A DNA stretch of 63,533 bases, the filler included, from Octopus bimaculoides (taxonomy: Eukaryota): assembly GCF_001194135.2 (NCBI RefSeq). It is 5 parts of 5 records of this genome, joined end to end, with 100 filler letters (N's around TTAATTAATTAA, not from the genome) between each part and the next. Parts side by side here need not be neighbours in the genome. Positions count along the whole stretch, not along the records: positions 36,706 to 56,136 come from NC_068987.1; positions 56,237 to 61,058 come from NC_068986.1; positions 61,159 to 63,533 come from NC_068984.1; 2 more parts are not named here. The stretch is one strand, 5' to 3'. The position numbers and the translations under genes were made by a program. Positions 51,014-63,533 of this stretch are shown piece by piece; position 1 is the first letter of the stretch, and every line of letters starts with the position of its first letter. The notes below the pieces were generated by a model. That model was not told where the DNA came from. It saw nothing but the letters and a program-made list of their open reading frames with translations, and searched no databases.

Positions 51014-51470
51014 CTAATGACTTCATACTGAACAAAGAATCCAAAAACAACTGAGACAAATTTCTGCAATTTTAAGAATGCTTGGAAAGAGAGTCTTTCT
51101 AAATAACTATCTCATCCTTCCCATAAAGACCTTATCTACCAGGAAGTATATGCTTCTATTCTTTTGTGTGGAAGTGATATATGGACAACATCATTTTCCT
51201 GGAGGCTTTTAATATTCTGTGCATGCACTAGATCCTTTCATTTTCCTGGCAAGATAGAATTCCACAAACAGAAATCCTTAGTTGAACCCACACCAACAGC
51301 ATTGAATTCACACTGTATAGGAAAGATATGAACCAACCAAGTAGGCTCAGACATGTAGTGTGAATGTCTTCACCCTTTCTCATAGGATCTACTACAGCCA
51401 GTGTCTAGATGAGGTGTGCGCAGCCTTTTCCAAGAAGGAGGCAACATGAGACATGAATCATCATCAGATA
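49950..51470 (+). mobile_element. Old RTE LINE remnant, interrupted by SINE and microsatellite
   Basis: VKQGDGLS, LLCGSDIWT and SWQDRIPQTEIL remnants. Confidence 0.65.
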
Positions 51471-52869
51471 GGCTGCACTACTAAACAAATTTCATGATAA
51501 TTTTTCATTAGATATGCCACTCTGAAAATGCACAGTCCAGAGTTTACCTAGGACTGGTGTAGATAGAACATGAAAACTGACAGTTCAAAACAAACTGATG
51601 ACCACAATAAAGAGGAGCAACATCACACTCAATAACAACACTGCATTTTCCTGATATGTATTTCTAAGAAAACCTGTATTTGCTAATGTATCCAGACATG
51701 CTCTAATGAGTCATAGACCAACCAAATGCTAAGCTTCTAGGACCCCAATGCTGTGACATAGACTTCATTCTCAAGTTCTAAGTGAAAGCCAGTTCATTTC
51801 TCTTATGTCAGAGAAAGGCTTTAAATTTGTGCATTCTGCCAGCAGCATACCACTAATTTAAAGTAATGTGTGTGTGTGTGTGTGTGTGTAATAGGGCACA
51901 GTTCTAAAATAATATACAATGGAATTTATGTATGTAGGGTACTACCTTAAAATATTTTCATATAATATGTGTGTTTGTGTGTGTGTAAATATAGAGCACC
52001 GTCATGTGTGTATGTATGTACATGGCACTTCTAAAACAATATACAATGGCATATATATATATATATACATACATATATATATACATATATGTGTGTGTAG
52101 GGCACAACCCTAATATACTTTAGTACCATGTGTTTGTGTGTGTGTGAGTGCCACTGTCCTGCAATAATAATAATATAGGGCGCTGTTTTAAAATAATAAA
52201 ATAATACATCTGGTCCTTGTTTGTACCTAATCAAAAATGAAACAACTCTCATATACTAACAGTAACAAAAACTGTATGAAACACTAAATAAATAGGGTTT
52301 GAGAGACTTCAGTAGCTGGTTATTGTTATGAAAGTTCTTTATCTTAAAGTCAGCTAATTCTATGGAAATAACAAAAGAACTAGCTGACTTTAAAGCAGTG
52401 AAGTTGTCAACTATTGTAGTTCATTAACAAGCTCATTGTTTATTATTTCTAGTTAGCTTGTGTATTAAATACATTTAATCTGTTAAACTGGTTATAGATG
52501 GTATTGCTCCCTACCCATGCTTTGTAATAAAAAGAAAAAAAATCAAGCCAAAGTTAATCCTGGGCATTAGGTTATTCATATTTTTTTTGTATTATTCCAT
52601 CCATCTTGTGCCCCTATATTAGATTTTTACGAAAAATTACTAATGAAAGCAAGGAGCTACATAACAAAGTTGAGCCTTGGTACATCATCAGTCATGTGTC
52701 CTACTCATATTTTAACCGATTGCAACAAGGATTTTTTTTTGGAATATGTGTTTAAAAAAATATGACTGGAAGAGGGTTAGCTGATATCATCAACTCCAGT
52801 ACTTGACTGGTACTGGGACCCTGAATGATATTTTGTTCAATGCTCTAATCATTTTACCAGTTCAATAAT

Positions 52870-53270
52870 AATAATTCTTTCTTCCACAGGCACAAGGTCT
52901 GAAATTTTGTGGGAGGGGGTTAGTCAATTACATTGACTCCAGTACTCAGCTGGTATTTATTTTATTGGCTCTGGTGGAATTTGAACTCAGAACATAAAGC
53001 CTGTAGAAATGCCACTAAGTACTTTGTCTGGCATGTGAATGATTCTGCCAGCTCGCTGACTTAAGAATAATAATTATAGTCCTGAAATTTTAGGGGAGGG
53101 AACTAGTCAATTACATCAACCCAAGGGTTTCACTAGTGCTTAATTTATCGACCCCAAAAGGATGAAAGGTAAAGTCAACCATAGCAGAATTTGAACTCAG
53201 AACATAAAAATTGATGAAATACTGCTAATCATTTTGCCCGGCATGTTAATGATTCTGCCAGCTTGCCACC

Positions 53271-53320
<50 letters not shown>

Positions 53321-55575
53321 CATAATCATAATGGTCTCAAATTTTTGGCACGGAGCCAACGGGTTTTGAAGGGAGAGGAAAGTTGGTTACGTCAATCCCA
53401 GTTGTTGACTGAAACTTATTTTAGCAACCCCGAAAGGATGAACAGCAAAGTCAACCTTGAAGGAATTTAAACTCTGAACATAAAGACAGATGAAACACCG
53501 CTAAGTATTTTGTCCGGTGTGCTAAGTATTCTTCCAGCTCACCTCCTTCAATTCAATAATCTACTATAATAATACTCTTGTGTTTTTCTCCGTCACAACA
53601 TATGAATGAGAAAGGAAGGGGTGATGGCAAACTGGTAGTGGGAGCATTTCAGTTCTGTGTGAGTATGTGTGTGTATGTAAAAGGGAGGTATGTGAATGTT
53701 TGTATGTGTTCAATGGAAACAGCATTTCAACTCTATGTGTGTATGTGTGAACCAGCATTTTTTTAGCAACAAAATGATGATCGATGTAACATCTCAAAAG
53801 ACAACCACTAGATAACATTGACAAGTGTATTAATTTGATTTACCAGCCATGTTTATATATAAAATATTACAATTAACTATCATTTTTAACGGCATGGGGC
53901 CAACTAGTAATAATAATAATACTTTCTACTAAAGGCACAAGGCCTGAAATTTTGGGGGAAGAGACAACTTGATTGCATCAACCCCAGTGTTTCACTGGTA
54001 CTTAATTTATTAACCCCAGAAGGATGAAAAGTTAAGCCAACCTTGGCGGAATTTGAACTCAGAATGTAGTGACAGGTGAAATGACGCTAAGCATTTTGCC
54101 CAGCATGCTAACAATTTTGCCTGCTCACCACCTAAAATAATAATAATAATAATAATAATAGTAATCCTTTCTACTATAGGTACAAGGCCTGGATTTTGTG
54201 GGGAGGGGGCAGTTAATCACAACAGCCTCAGTGTTTCACTGGTACTTAATTTATCGACCCCCAAAAGGATGAAAGGCAAAGTCAGAATTTGAACTCCAAA
54301 CCTAACAGCAGATGAAATACTGCTAAGCATTCCACTCGAGATGCTAATGATTCTTCCAGCTCACTGCCTAATAATAATTGTTTCAGACACAAATACAAGG
54401 CCAGAAATTTGGGAGGAAAGAGGCTGTTGATTAAAACAATCCCAGTATTGGTCTCATGTTTTATTATTATTATTATTATTTTTTTTTTTTTTTTTTTTAA
54501 ATTCTGGAAGGATGAAAGACAAAGTTAACTTTGGTGGTATTTGAATTAAGTACAGTCAAAAGCCATAACTAAATGCTGCAATATATTTTGTCTGAAGCTT
54601 TAGGCACCAAGCCAGAAATTAGGGTAGGGATGGAACCGGTGCTTATATAAGCCCACTTGACTGATACTTCATCTCAGAAGGTGAAAGGCAAAAATTGACT
54701 TCGGTAGGATTTGAACTTGCAACAAAAAGTGGTCTAATTAAATACCACAAGTCATTTTGTCCATTTTAAAAATTCTGCTGATCCAACAGTAATCCTTTTT
54801 ACTATAGGCATAGGGCCTGAAATTTGTTGGGAGGGGATAGTCGATTACATCCATCCCAGTGCTCAACTGGTACTTATTTTATCAATTCTAAAAGGATGGA
54901 AAGCAAAGTCGATTCCCTGCAAAATTTGAACTCACAACCTAAAGCTGAAAGAAATGCCAAAAAGCATTTTGTCTGGTATACTAACAATTCTGCCAGCTCA
55001 CCATCTTTGCCAATCCGATAATGATAATTTTTAGTGTTTCTTATATATGCATTTTGTCAGAATTTTTTATAAGGATTGAGTGGGGTTAGCTGATTAACCC
55101 TTTCATTACCATATTTCTGTTGAGATGCTCTGTGTTTCTTTTCTTTCAATTAATTTTAAATATAACAAAGAATTTAGTAAAATAACTTAGTCATCATTAA
55201 GCTAGTGTTAGGAACATAAATTGTGACTAAGGTTTGGTGGAAGATTTTAATTCAGAACTTTTGAAAGCAAAACATTTGTACTAGAGCCAGAGGCAGTTTC
55301 AGCCAGGTTGATACCAAAAGGGTTAAATTTACTCCTGATATTTCACTGGCACTATATTTTATTGACCCTGAAAATGAGAGGCAGAGTTGAACTCAGAACA
55401 TAAAGGGTTGCAATTAAATACCACAAGTCATTTTGTCTGCTCCTCAAATGATTCTGCTAATCTAATAATAATTAGTAATTGTTCCTAATTTAGGCAGAAG
55501 GCCAGCAATTTTGAAGGGAGGAGGGTATTAGTTGATTCCATCAACTCCGATATTATTAGATTCTGTCAACCTAAT
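52870..55575 (-). repeat. Head-to-tail array of about 9-10 family A SINEs separated by (AAT)n
   Basis: Repeated aggcctgaaattt...ccccgaaaggatgaaaggcaaagtcaacc...gaatttgaactcagaac...ttctgccagct units, all on the minus strand. Confidence 0.88.
55098..55322. mobile_element. piggyBac-like MITE inside a SINE
   Basis: TTAA|CCCTTT...AAAGGG|TTAA. Confidence 0.8.
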
Positions 55576-56289
55576 AATAATAATGATAATAATGATAGTG
55601 ATTTCTTAATTACACACAAGGTTACACGCTCCATGTGGGGACAGCTTTAGTTAATTATATCAATATCACTTACTTGAATGGTGCTTATTTTATTGACAAC
55701 GGGTGCATAAAAAATAAAGCTTGACCTGGGTGGGTAATAATCCAATTTAAATGAAAAAAAAAATACGTACAATAAAATAAACAATAGCAACAAAACCAGA
55801 CAATGACACAACTTAATAAACGCACTGTAGTTGGTCTGCTTGTGATAGATTACATGTTATTATTGGATATCTGACACACAGACAGACACCGGTTCACTTT
55901 GTGGGTTTGGGTATTGATGAATTGATTTTCCTAGCTAAATTCCAAAGACATGACACAGAATCTTTCTTTTTTTTTTTAAATGTGTCAATTAATTATCAGA
56001 CATCTAATTGGAAAATATTTTTTACAACTATCATGTGACAAATTGTACAATTTCACAAATGAGAGACAAGAAGGATTGTTTTCAAGAAATGAAGCATCTT
56101 TTTCATTAATATCGTGTTTTTTTTTGTGTGTATATANNNNNNNNNNNNNNNNNNNNNNNNNNNNNNNNNNNNNNNNNNNNTTAATTAATTAANNNNNNNN
56201 NNNNNNNNNNNNNNNNNNNNNNNNNNNNNNNNNNNNTATATATACTTTTCGTAATGAGATAAAAAAATCTAGGCTGTGTAGATTTTAGA

Positions 56290-56706
56290 ACACACACACA
56301 CACACGCGCACACACACACACACACATGTGTATATATGTGCGTGTGTGTGTGTGTGTGTGTGTGTCCCAGCACCGCATGACAACCAGTGTTGATATGTTT
56401 TTATCCCTATAACTTAGCAGTTCAGCAAAGGGACTAATAGAATAAGTAACATCTTAAGAAAATAAATAATTAGTACTGGGGTCGATTCGTACGACTAAGG
56501 CTTGAATGCGACGCCCAAGCATGGCCGCAGTCTAATGACTGAAACAACAAAAAAAACAAAAAAAAACAAGATGAAAGATATGAATACATGTACGTTATAT
56601 ACACAAATATATTAAAATACATGCATACATATACATGTGTGTGTGTGTGTCTTTGTACTTGTGTTTAGATATATGTCTGTCTACCTCTCTTTCACTCTCT
56701 CTCCTT

Positions 56707-56774
<68 letters not shown>

Positions 56775-57000
56775 ATACACATATGCACACCATGTGCACA
56801 AACGTATATATGATTGCATGTATGACGCATATATATATATTTCTTTCTGTTTATTCTCTAGATACATACGTACGCACGTATGTATGTATGTATGTATGTA
56901 TGTATGCATGTATACACACACATGCACCCCCCCACACACAAACACACACAATTGTGTATACAAATATATATACGTATACACACATACATATATGTATGAA
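56290..57000. repeat. Microsatellite block: (CA)n, (TG)n, (ATCT)n, (TATG)n
   Basis: Seen directly; it explains the overlapping low-complexity ORFs. Confidence 0.95.
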
Positions 57001-57724
57001 CAGATGGAGCGAAAGAGAAAAGGAGAAAGACAGTACGAATGAACGTGTCACCAAGGGACATACATATGTATTAGTACTTAGCTTCTGAAACATAACATGA
57101 TTCAAGCAATGCAAGTCATTTCCCACTGACAGTTGTTCTCTATTGTTCCATATTGTTCTACATTGTTCTTGTGTAACAACAGAAGCTAGCAGTCGTTGTC
57201 TCAATCTCCAGGTGAACAATCAACCAACAATAAGAGCTTCACATCTTGACATAATAAAACAACGTTTGTTTGCAACTGCAGCTGGGAAAGTCACTTAATT
57301 GTTACAAGCAGCGTAGTCTACGTTTGTCTTACGAGCCAAAGAGAGACCTCTTTAATACTTGAGGTTCCCAGTTTTTCTTTTGACATCATGCGTAGCACAG
57401 GGAATTAAATTAAAAAAGAAAAAACAAAATTACTGCTTTGCGATGCATGGGAATATTCAAAGTTAAACATTTAAAGAAATGATAGAGAAAAAAATTACAA
57501 AACAAAACTATTGCTCGCTTCAAAAGTACGTTTTTAACTTTTTGCTTACTTTAATCGCGGGTTGCAAGGCCATGCTAGGGCATCACCTCGAAGTGTTTAG
57601 TCGATCAAATGCTTTAAGCTTGGTAATTATTCAAGTAGCATCTGTTTGTCGAACCGCTATTTTACGGGGGATGCAAACCAGTTTGTCAAACAATTAGAGA
57701 CCAGCATAGACACGAAGACACACA

Positions 57725-57764
57725 TGTATGTATGTATGTATGTATGTATGTATGCATGAATGTA

Positions 57765-57800
<36 letters not shown>

Positions 57801-57805
57801 TGTAT
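57725..57805. repeat. (TATG)n microsatellite
   Basis: Seen directly. Confidence 0.95.
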
Positions 57806-58141
57806 CTTAAACGTACATATATACATATACATACCCGCCCTTGCACACATACATATAACAGAATGGGTTTGCTTATAAATCGGTGCATTGAACAGAAGTA
57901 GGTTGCCCCAGTATGACCGCATTCAAAATGACAGAAACCACTAAAACAATATGGTTGATGACAGAACAAATAGAACGAATATTCGTTTAGAATTTAATTT
58001 CTTTTTGTCATTTCACAATAAAGATTAATTAAAGAAGAAATAATGAATAAGATTTTTTAAAAAGAATTCTTCAGCCTTCTGATTGATTTTTCCATTCTTT
58101 CGTTATATTTAAATTAATACCATTATTCATAGAGAGGCGAA

Positions 58142-58345
58142 GGCGGCGAGCTGGCAGAATCGTTAGCACGCCGTGCGAAATGCTTAGCAACACTGCATCC
58201 GACTTTATGTTCTGAGTTCAAATTCCGCCGAGGTCAACTTTTTGTCTTTCATCCTTTCGAGGTCGATAAATTAAATACCAGTGATCGACCGTGCCCCTCC
58301 CTTCAAATTTCAGGCCTTGTGCTTTTAGCAGAAAGGACTTTCATC
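58142..58345 (+). mobile_element. Family A SINE, CpG intact
   Basis: GGCGGCGAGCTGGCAGAATCGTTAGCACGCCGTGCG (A-box-like) and GAGTTCAAATTCC (B-box-like). Confidence 0.9.
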
Positions 58346-58898
58346 CTTAAAGGATCGATAAAATGAGCACTGGAGTTATACCCTCTCTTATATCCTCTCA
58401 CTCGAAATTGCTGGCCTTGTATCAAAAATTGAAACCAATATTATTAGATTTAAATTATAACTGCTAAGCCAATTGGCAGCGAATTGGCGGAGTCGTTACA
58501 ATGTTCGAGAGAACGTCTTGCGGTAGTTGTTCTGATATTCGCCGTTCTGAGTTCAAATCCTGCCCAGGTCAACCTTGCCATTCGTCCTTTTCGAGTTGGT
58601 AAGCGCTAATCTATAACAATGTATTGACAGAATTGTTAGAGGGACGAGCAAGACGCCTTTCCATACCTATTTCTTTGCTTTCTGACTGTGACGACGCAGG
58701 TTCCAAGTTATACCGGTCCAACCCGGAGGTTTTCTTTTTGATAGATACCGGCAGTCGTGAGGGGAGAAGCTTGCATATATATAGGCAACTGCTACGAATC
58801 TTTTTCAAATACCTTGTCCGGGCCTGCACATACAGGTGCAGATGCTTGGTCAACTTAATCAATGGTGGTGGGGATACATTACTATTCAATACGTAACT

Positions 58899-59131
58899 CT
58901 TATTTCTTTATTGTCTACAAGGGGGCTAAACATAGCGGGGCTAAACAAGGACAGACAAAGGGATTAAGTCGATTACATCGACCCAGTGCGTAACTGGTAC
59001 TTAATTTATTGACCCCGAAAGAATGAAAGGCAAAGTCGACTTCGTCGGAATTTGAACTCAGAACGTAAAGACAGACGGAATATCGCTAAGCATTTCGCCC
59101 GGCGTGCTAACGTTTCTGCCAGCCCTCCGCC
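58899..59131 (-). mobile_element. Family A SINE, near full length, CpG intact
   Basis: Reverse complement of the family head and the aataaagaaataaga tail. Confidence 0.9.
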
Positions 59132-62100
59132 TTATATCCGACATATATTAATAATCAAACCGCATTTACAACAATGGACGATTCATCCACCTGAAGTGTA
59201 AATTTTATATCTTAATACTTTTCATAAATTGGATTTTACCAATTTATGCAACCTTATTTTTAGACACGGCATCATCTGACAATAGAATCTTTCGTATTTC
59301 GTTTATGTGAATAATTTCTATGTTTTTGCTTGCTGTGTTGTCAACACAAGTTTTTCATCAACATGTAAGGTTTCTTAGCCTTTCTAATTAACTTTGAAAC
59401 TTCGTGCGATGGTCTTAAGTATATTTCTTTTCACGAGTCAATGTATATTTTGACCAAAAGTTGTTTTTGCACTTTCGAAGATTTCAGTCAGTAACCTGTC
59501 AAAGGGACCGATAAAAGAATAAAAGAACATATATATAGATATACATATATATATTGTCGTGGTGTGGAAATATGCCTGCATAAGAAACCTCTCTAGTGGT
59601 AAGAAGTAATTTTAGTTTAATAGGTTTCATATACTTCTTCCATTGATGAAATACTGGTTTCATTTTAAACACACTGGACGCTGGTTTTTATGCCAAAGAG
59701 CAAATGTAAATTTATCTTGCAAAGAAAGATTCGATGTATTTTGTTTGTTTGTTTGTTCCTTTCATTCTTTCTTTCTCTCTCCTCTTCTCTTTTTGTACAA
59801 ATTGTTCAACTTCCACAGTTTCACTTACTTTCCGACCGGAATTTCTTTACTGCCCACAAGGGGCTACACACAGAGGGGACAAACAAAGATAGACAAACGA
59901 ATTAAGTCGATCATAGCGACCCCCCCAGTGCGTAACTGGTACTTATCTAATCGACCCCGAAAAGATNNNNNNNNNNNNNNNNNNNNNNNNNNNNNNNNNN
60001 NNNNNNNNNNNNNNNNNNNNNNNNNNNNNNNNNNNNNNNNNNNNNNNNNNNNNNNNNNNNNNNNNNNNNNNNNNNNNNNNNNNNNNNNNNNNNNNNNNNN
60101 NNNATATTTGAAATTTGAAATAACTATAAAAAATTCGGAAGAGTATCTGTCGTAAGTTAGCAAAAGCGAAGTTTTATGTATAATAAATTGTATAATAAAA
60201 GTAAAAATTAAAACATCTAAAATCTTTTTTTTTTATATTTGATTGTCAGTTAAATTCATTCGTTTTTTTTTTCCTTATTTATTTCCATCTTTTATAATGT
60301 TATTTGGATTAACATGAAAATATTTTTATCATAGAGTTTAACCGGTTTTTTCGTAGGCCCATTCTTCTTCTACCACTTTTGTTTATCATTTCTGAAATTT
60401 GAAAATTTTTTAAACCTATTTTCAGACATGTGACAACAAAATGCTAAGTACAAAAAAAAAAAAAAAGTATCTAACGAATTTATCTGACAGCCTAACATTT
60501 ATTGAATTAATTTACGTGAAATATATAGTTACTCTGGAAAATTGGAAAAATTGTATCATTATTTGTTGATCTTAGGAATAAATTACACACTTGTCACAAT
60601 TAAATTATCACTGCGATACAGCTCACTGCTTATATAGAATATATTTCAGAGATCGAGAATTTGAATTCATGGGTGTTAAAACAGACCGTATTAACGCCAT
60701 TAACAAAAACGGTTCTCTCTTTTACACTATTAATACACGCCTGAGAGTAAGACAAACTGTGCTAAGTGTCGCGAGGCACAAAATTAAACGCGTTATAATT
60801 CATAATAAAATCAAAAGTTCATTACATCAAACTTACAAAAAATTAGTCTTGATATCAAACTATAGAAAAAAAAATTGTTTATAAATGCTCGGTTGCACCA
60901 AGACAAATGTTTTTATAATATATAACAATCTTAAATGTGGTTGATCTCAGTGAAAGAAAAAAGAAAATGCAATTACGGAACGGAGACTGATCAAAAATAG
61001 AACAAGGGTAGTCAGTCCAAGTTTTGTTCTGTTTTTGTTCAGTTTTCCTTCCATACTTNNNNNNNNNNNNNNNNNNNNNNNNNNNNNNNNNNNNNNNNNN
61101 NNTTAATTAATTAANNNNNNNNNNNNNNNNNNNNNNNNNNNNNNNNNNNNNNNNNNNNGGCATAAATAACTGTCTTTATACATTTATTTATTTATTTATG
61201 CATCATAGATTTACAGCTGTTTCAGATATATTTAGTTTATGTATGTTCATAATTTCATTTACTCAATCAATCAATTGATCAATTGAAAAAAGTGGACGAC
61301 CATTACAAATACTATTGCCTTCAGAATCTGCGCCACATATGCGAACGTAAATGAAAACAAAAGTAATAAAGATATGGAAAGAAGAGTGAAAAGAGAAAGT
61401 GGAAGAGAAAGAGAAAGAGAGAAGAAATCAAGAAATGAAGGAAGAGGAAGGAAGCTTTGCCTATAAAGAACTATGTCACTCTCGCCTAACCATCAGTCTA
61501 AGTCCATTGTCTATTACCAAAGTTAAATAATATCAACATTGGGTACTGGAATTTGATACTCACCACCTCCTCCAGTGGTCAGCTTTTAGTGAAATTTTAT
61601 ATCTAGGTCATTGCTTTTTGGATTATTATTATTACATTATGGTTGTCCTAGCATGGTGTTTGTTAAAATATGCTTATCTAAGGTAGTTTGTTTTTTCTAA
61701 CTATTCCAAATATATAGCATGGAATTTATATAGAATGTGTAAAATAAAAATAAAATTCTTAAAAAATGTAAATGTATTAGAAGTGATGAAAATTAAAGTC
61801 CAATACTATAAAGTAAAATAAAATGATAAAAAAAAAATAAGATGAGAAAGTAAAAATAAGAGAACACAAAAACCAAAGTAAAGAATGCTAAAAAAATAAT
61901 AACATGAGTTAAATCAATGGAATACAATAAGTGAAGTAATATAAACAGAATAATATACAGTGAATTGCAGGACATATTCAAGTACATAGAATTAAAATAC
62001 AATGAGATAAAAAAAATATGAACCCATGCACCACAAAGAAACCGAAGTAAATGCTGTTGTATAACAATGTGATTGCAAATATACAATAATAAAGAAATAA

Positions 62101-63533
62101 AAAAGTAGAACATAAAAAACACAATGTGAAACAATAAACAACTAATCAAAAATTATCAAAACCAGATATCAATAAAGATAACAAAAGAATAACAACAAAA
62201 AACATAATAAAATATCATAATAAGAATCGACTGATTGAGTAAATGGAACCATGAACGTACCTAAGATGTATATCAGAAACAGTTATAAGACTATGATGCA
62301 CAAATAAATGTGTAAAGCTTATTATTTATGCCTTTTCTTGTATATAAGTATGTGGGAACATATAATATTGATTTGGTAATGCAACCATGGATTTACTAAG
62401 TTGACTGGTGATGGACTTCAGTTTTGGATTTTAAATTAGGATTACCTGAAATAGGTAGATAGATAGATACATACATACATGTAGGTAGGTGTGGCTATAT
62501 GGTTAAGAAGCTTGCTTCCCAACCATATAGTCTTGGGTTCATCCCACAGCAGAGCAAATGGGGCAAGTGTCTACTACTATAGGCCTGGGCCCACCAAAGC
62601 CTTATGAGACAATTTGGTAGACAGAAACCAAAAAGAATCTCATTGTATATAAATATATAAAAATATATATTTCACATCCACTTTTCCATAGTTGCATCAG
62701 TCTGATGGAATTTGTTGTGGCAGATTTTTCTGTGGCCAGATGTCCTTTCTGTTGTCAACTCTCACCAGTTTCCAAGCAAAGTAATATTTTCCCATGGCCT
62801 GATATGCTTTTCACAGAACATTAGAAATGAATGACATCACTTTTATGATAGTTATTCTCATTTACAGCAATCTTGTGATATTTAGACAAGGACACACACA
62901 CACACACACACATGCATATATATATTAATTGAAATATACAGTATTATATACCCATTACAGTCGATCTTACCAATCTACCAATCAGTTTCACACCAGGGGC
63001 TCAACAGAGTGCTATGTAACAGTCCAAATATGTAACCCTGTACTCATCAGATGTAGCTGTTATGGAATGAAGTATGATAACTGCTCTCTGTTGTTGGGGG
63101 TTCATAGACACATCTGGTTTGTGGTTGTGCAAGCATGGAAAGTGGATTGTAAATGAAGAGGATATATATACACTTGCACCCCACATTCATATGTGTGCAT
63201 AAAAGATTTCTTTTTTAAGAAGCTGCTAAATGTTAATGGTTGTATAAATAACTAGCAGAAATACCCGGCTTTGCCCGGGTTAAAGAGAATAATGAAATCT
63301 AAAAACGCCATCTAGACTACGCAACCCTCAACTGTTAGTAGCTACGATACCATATTTCTACATTAATAACTCTCCAATCCATGCCAGCATGGAACATAGA
63401 CATTAAGTGGAATGCCAGTCTCTCATCTGGGAAGGCCTTGAAATCAGTGTTACCAACTGGGGACTATGTGTCGCAGTGATAATAAAAAGACTCTGGGCTC
63501 GAACTCTGCAAGAAGTTAAAAATTTTTTTTGAC

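Noticed and set aside
61793-62149. Hydrophobic 118-aa ORF as a membrane protein or NUMT
   Set aside because: T-rich low-complexity strand; no mitochondrial or GPCR motif recognised in either genetic code.
1-63533. tRNA, rRNA or snRNA genes
   Set aside because: Only SINE-derived A/B-box heads were seen; no cloverleaf or rRNA/snRNA signature.

Overview
AT-rich, microsatellite- and transposon-dense animal genomic DNA from a gapped draft assembly. It is most likely a coleoid cephalopod such as Octopus; this is inferred from the tRNA-derived SINE families and general composition, not from a database search. The only host gene I can support is the 3' half of EXOSC6/MTR3 (RNA exosome core subunit) on the minus strand. 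It has four GT-AG exons (20640-20555, 17319-17260, 12588-12478, 11840-11754) that splice in frame to 114 aa; the 5' exons were not found. Nearly all ORF-track entries are spurious or decayed TE fragments: a Gypsy/Mag LTR element, a Tx1/L1 LINE with a nested solo LTR, RTE, CR1-like and Penelope fragments, a Helitron fragment, a full-length dead hAT/Buster element, Tc1, piggyBac-like and Merlin-like MITEs, and many SINEs. The most interesting non-checklist signals are (i) position-dependent CpG decay in SINE copies, marking alternating methylated and unmethylated domains, one with no identifiable exon; (ii) a palindromic 8-bp-TSD MITE family with a telomere-repeat core; (iii) head-to-tail SINE arrays; and (iv) two unexplained hairpins. 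I found no convincing new protein-coding system. Four TTAATTAATTAA islands inside N runs are assembly artefacts. Most TE boundaries are approximate unless a TSD is quoted.
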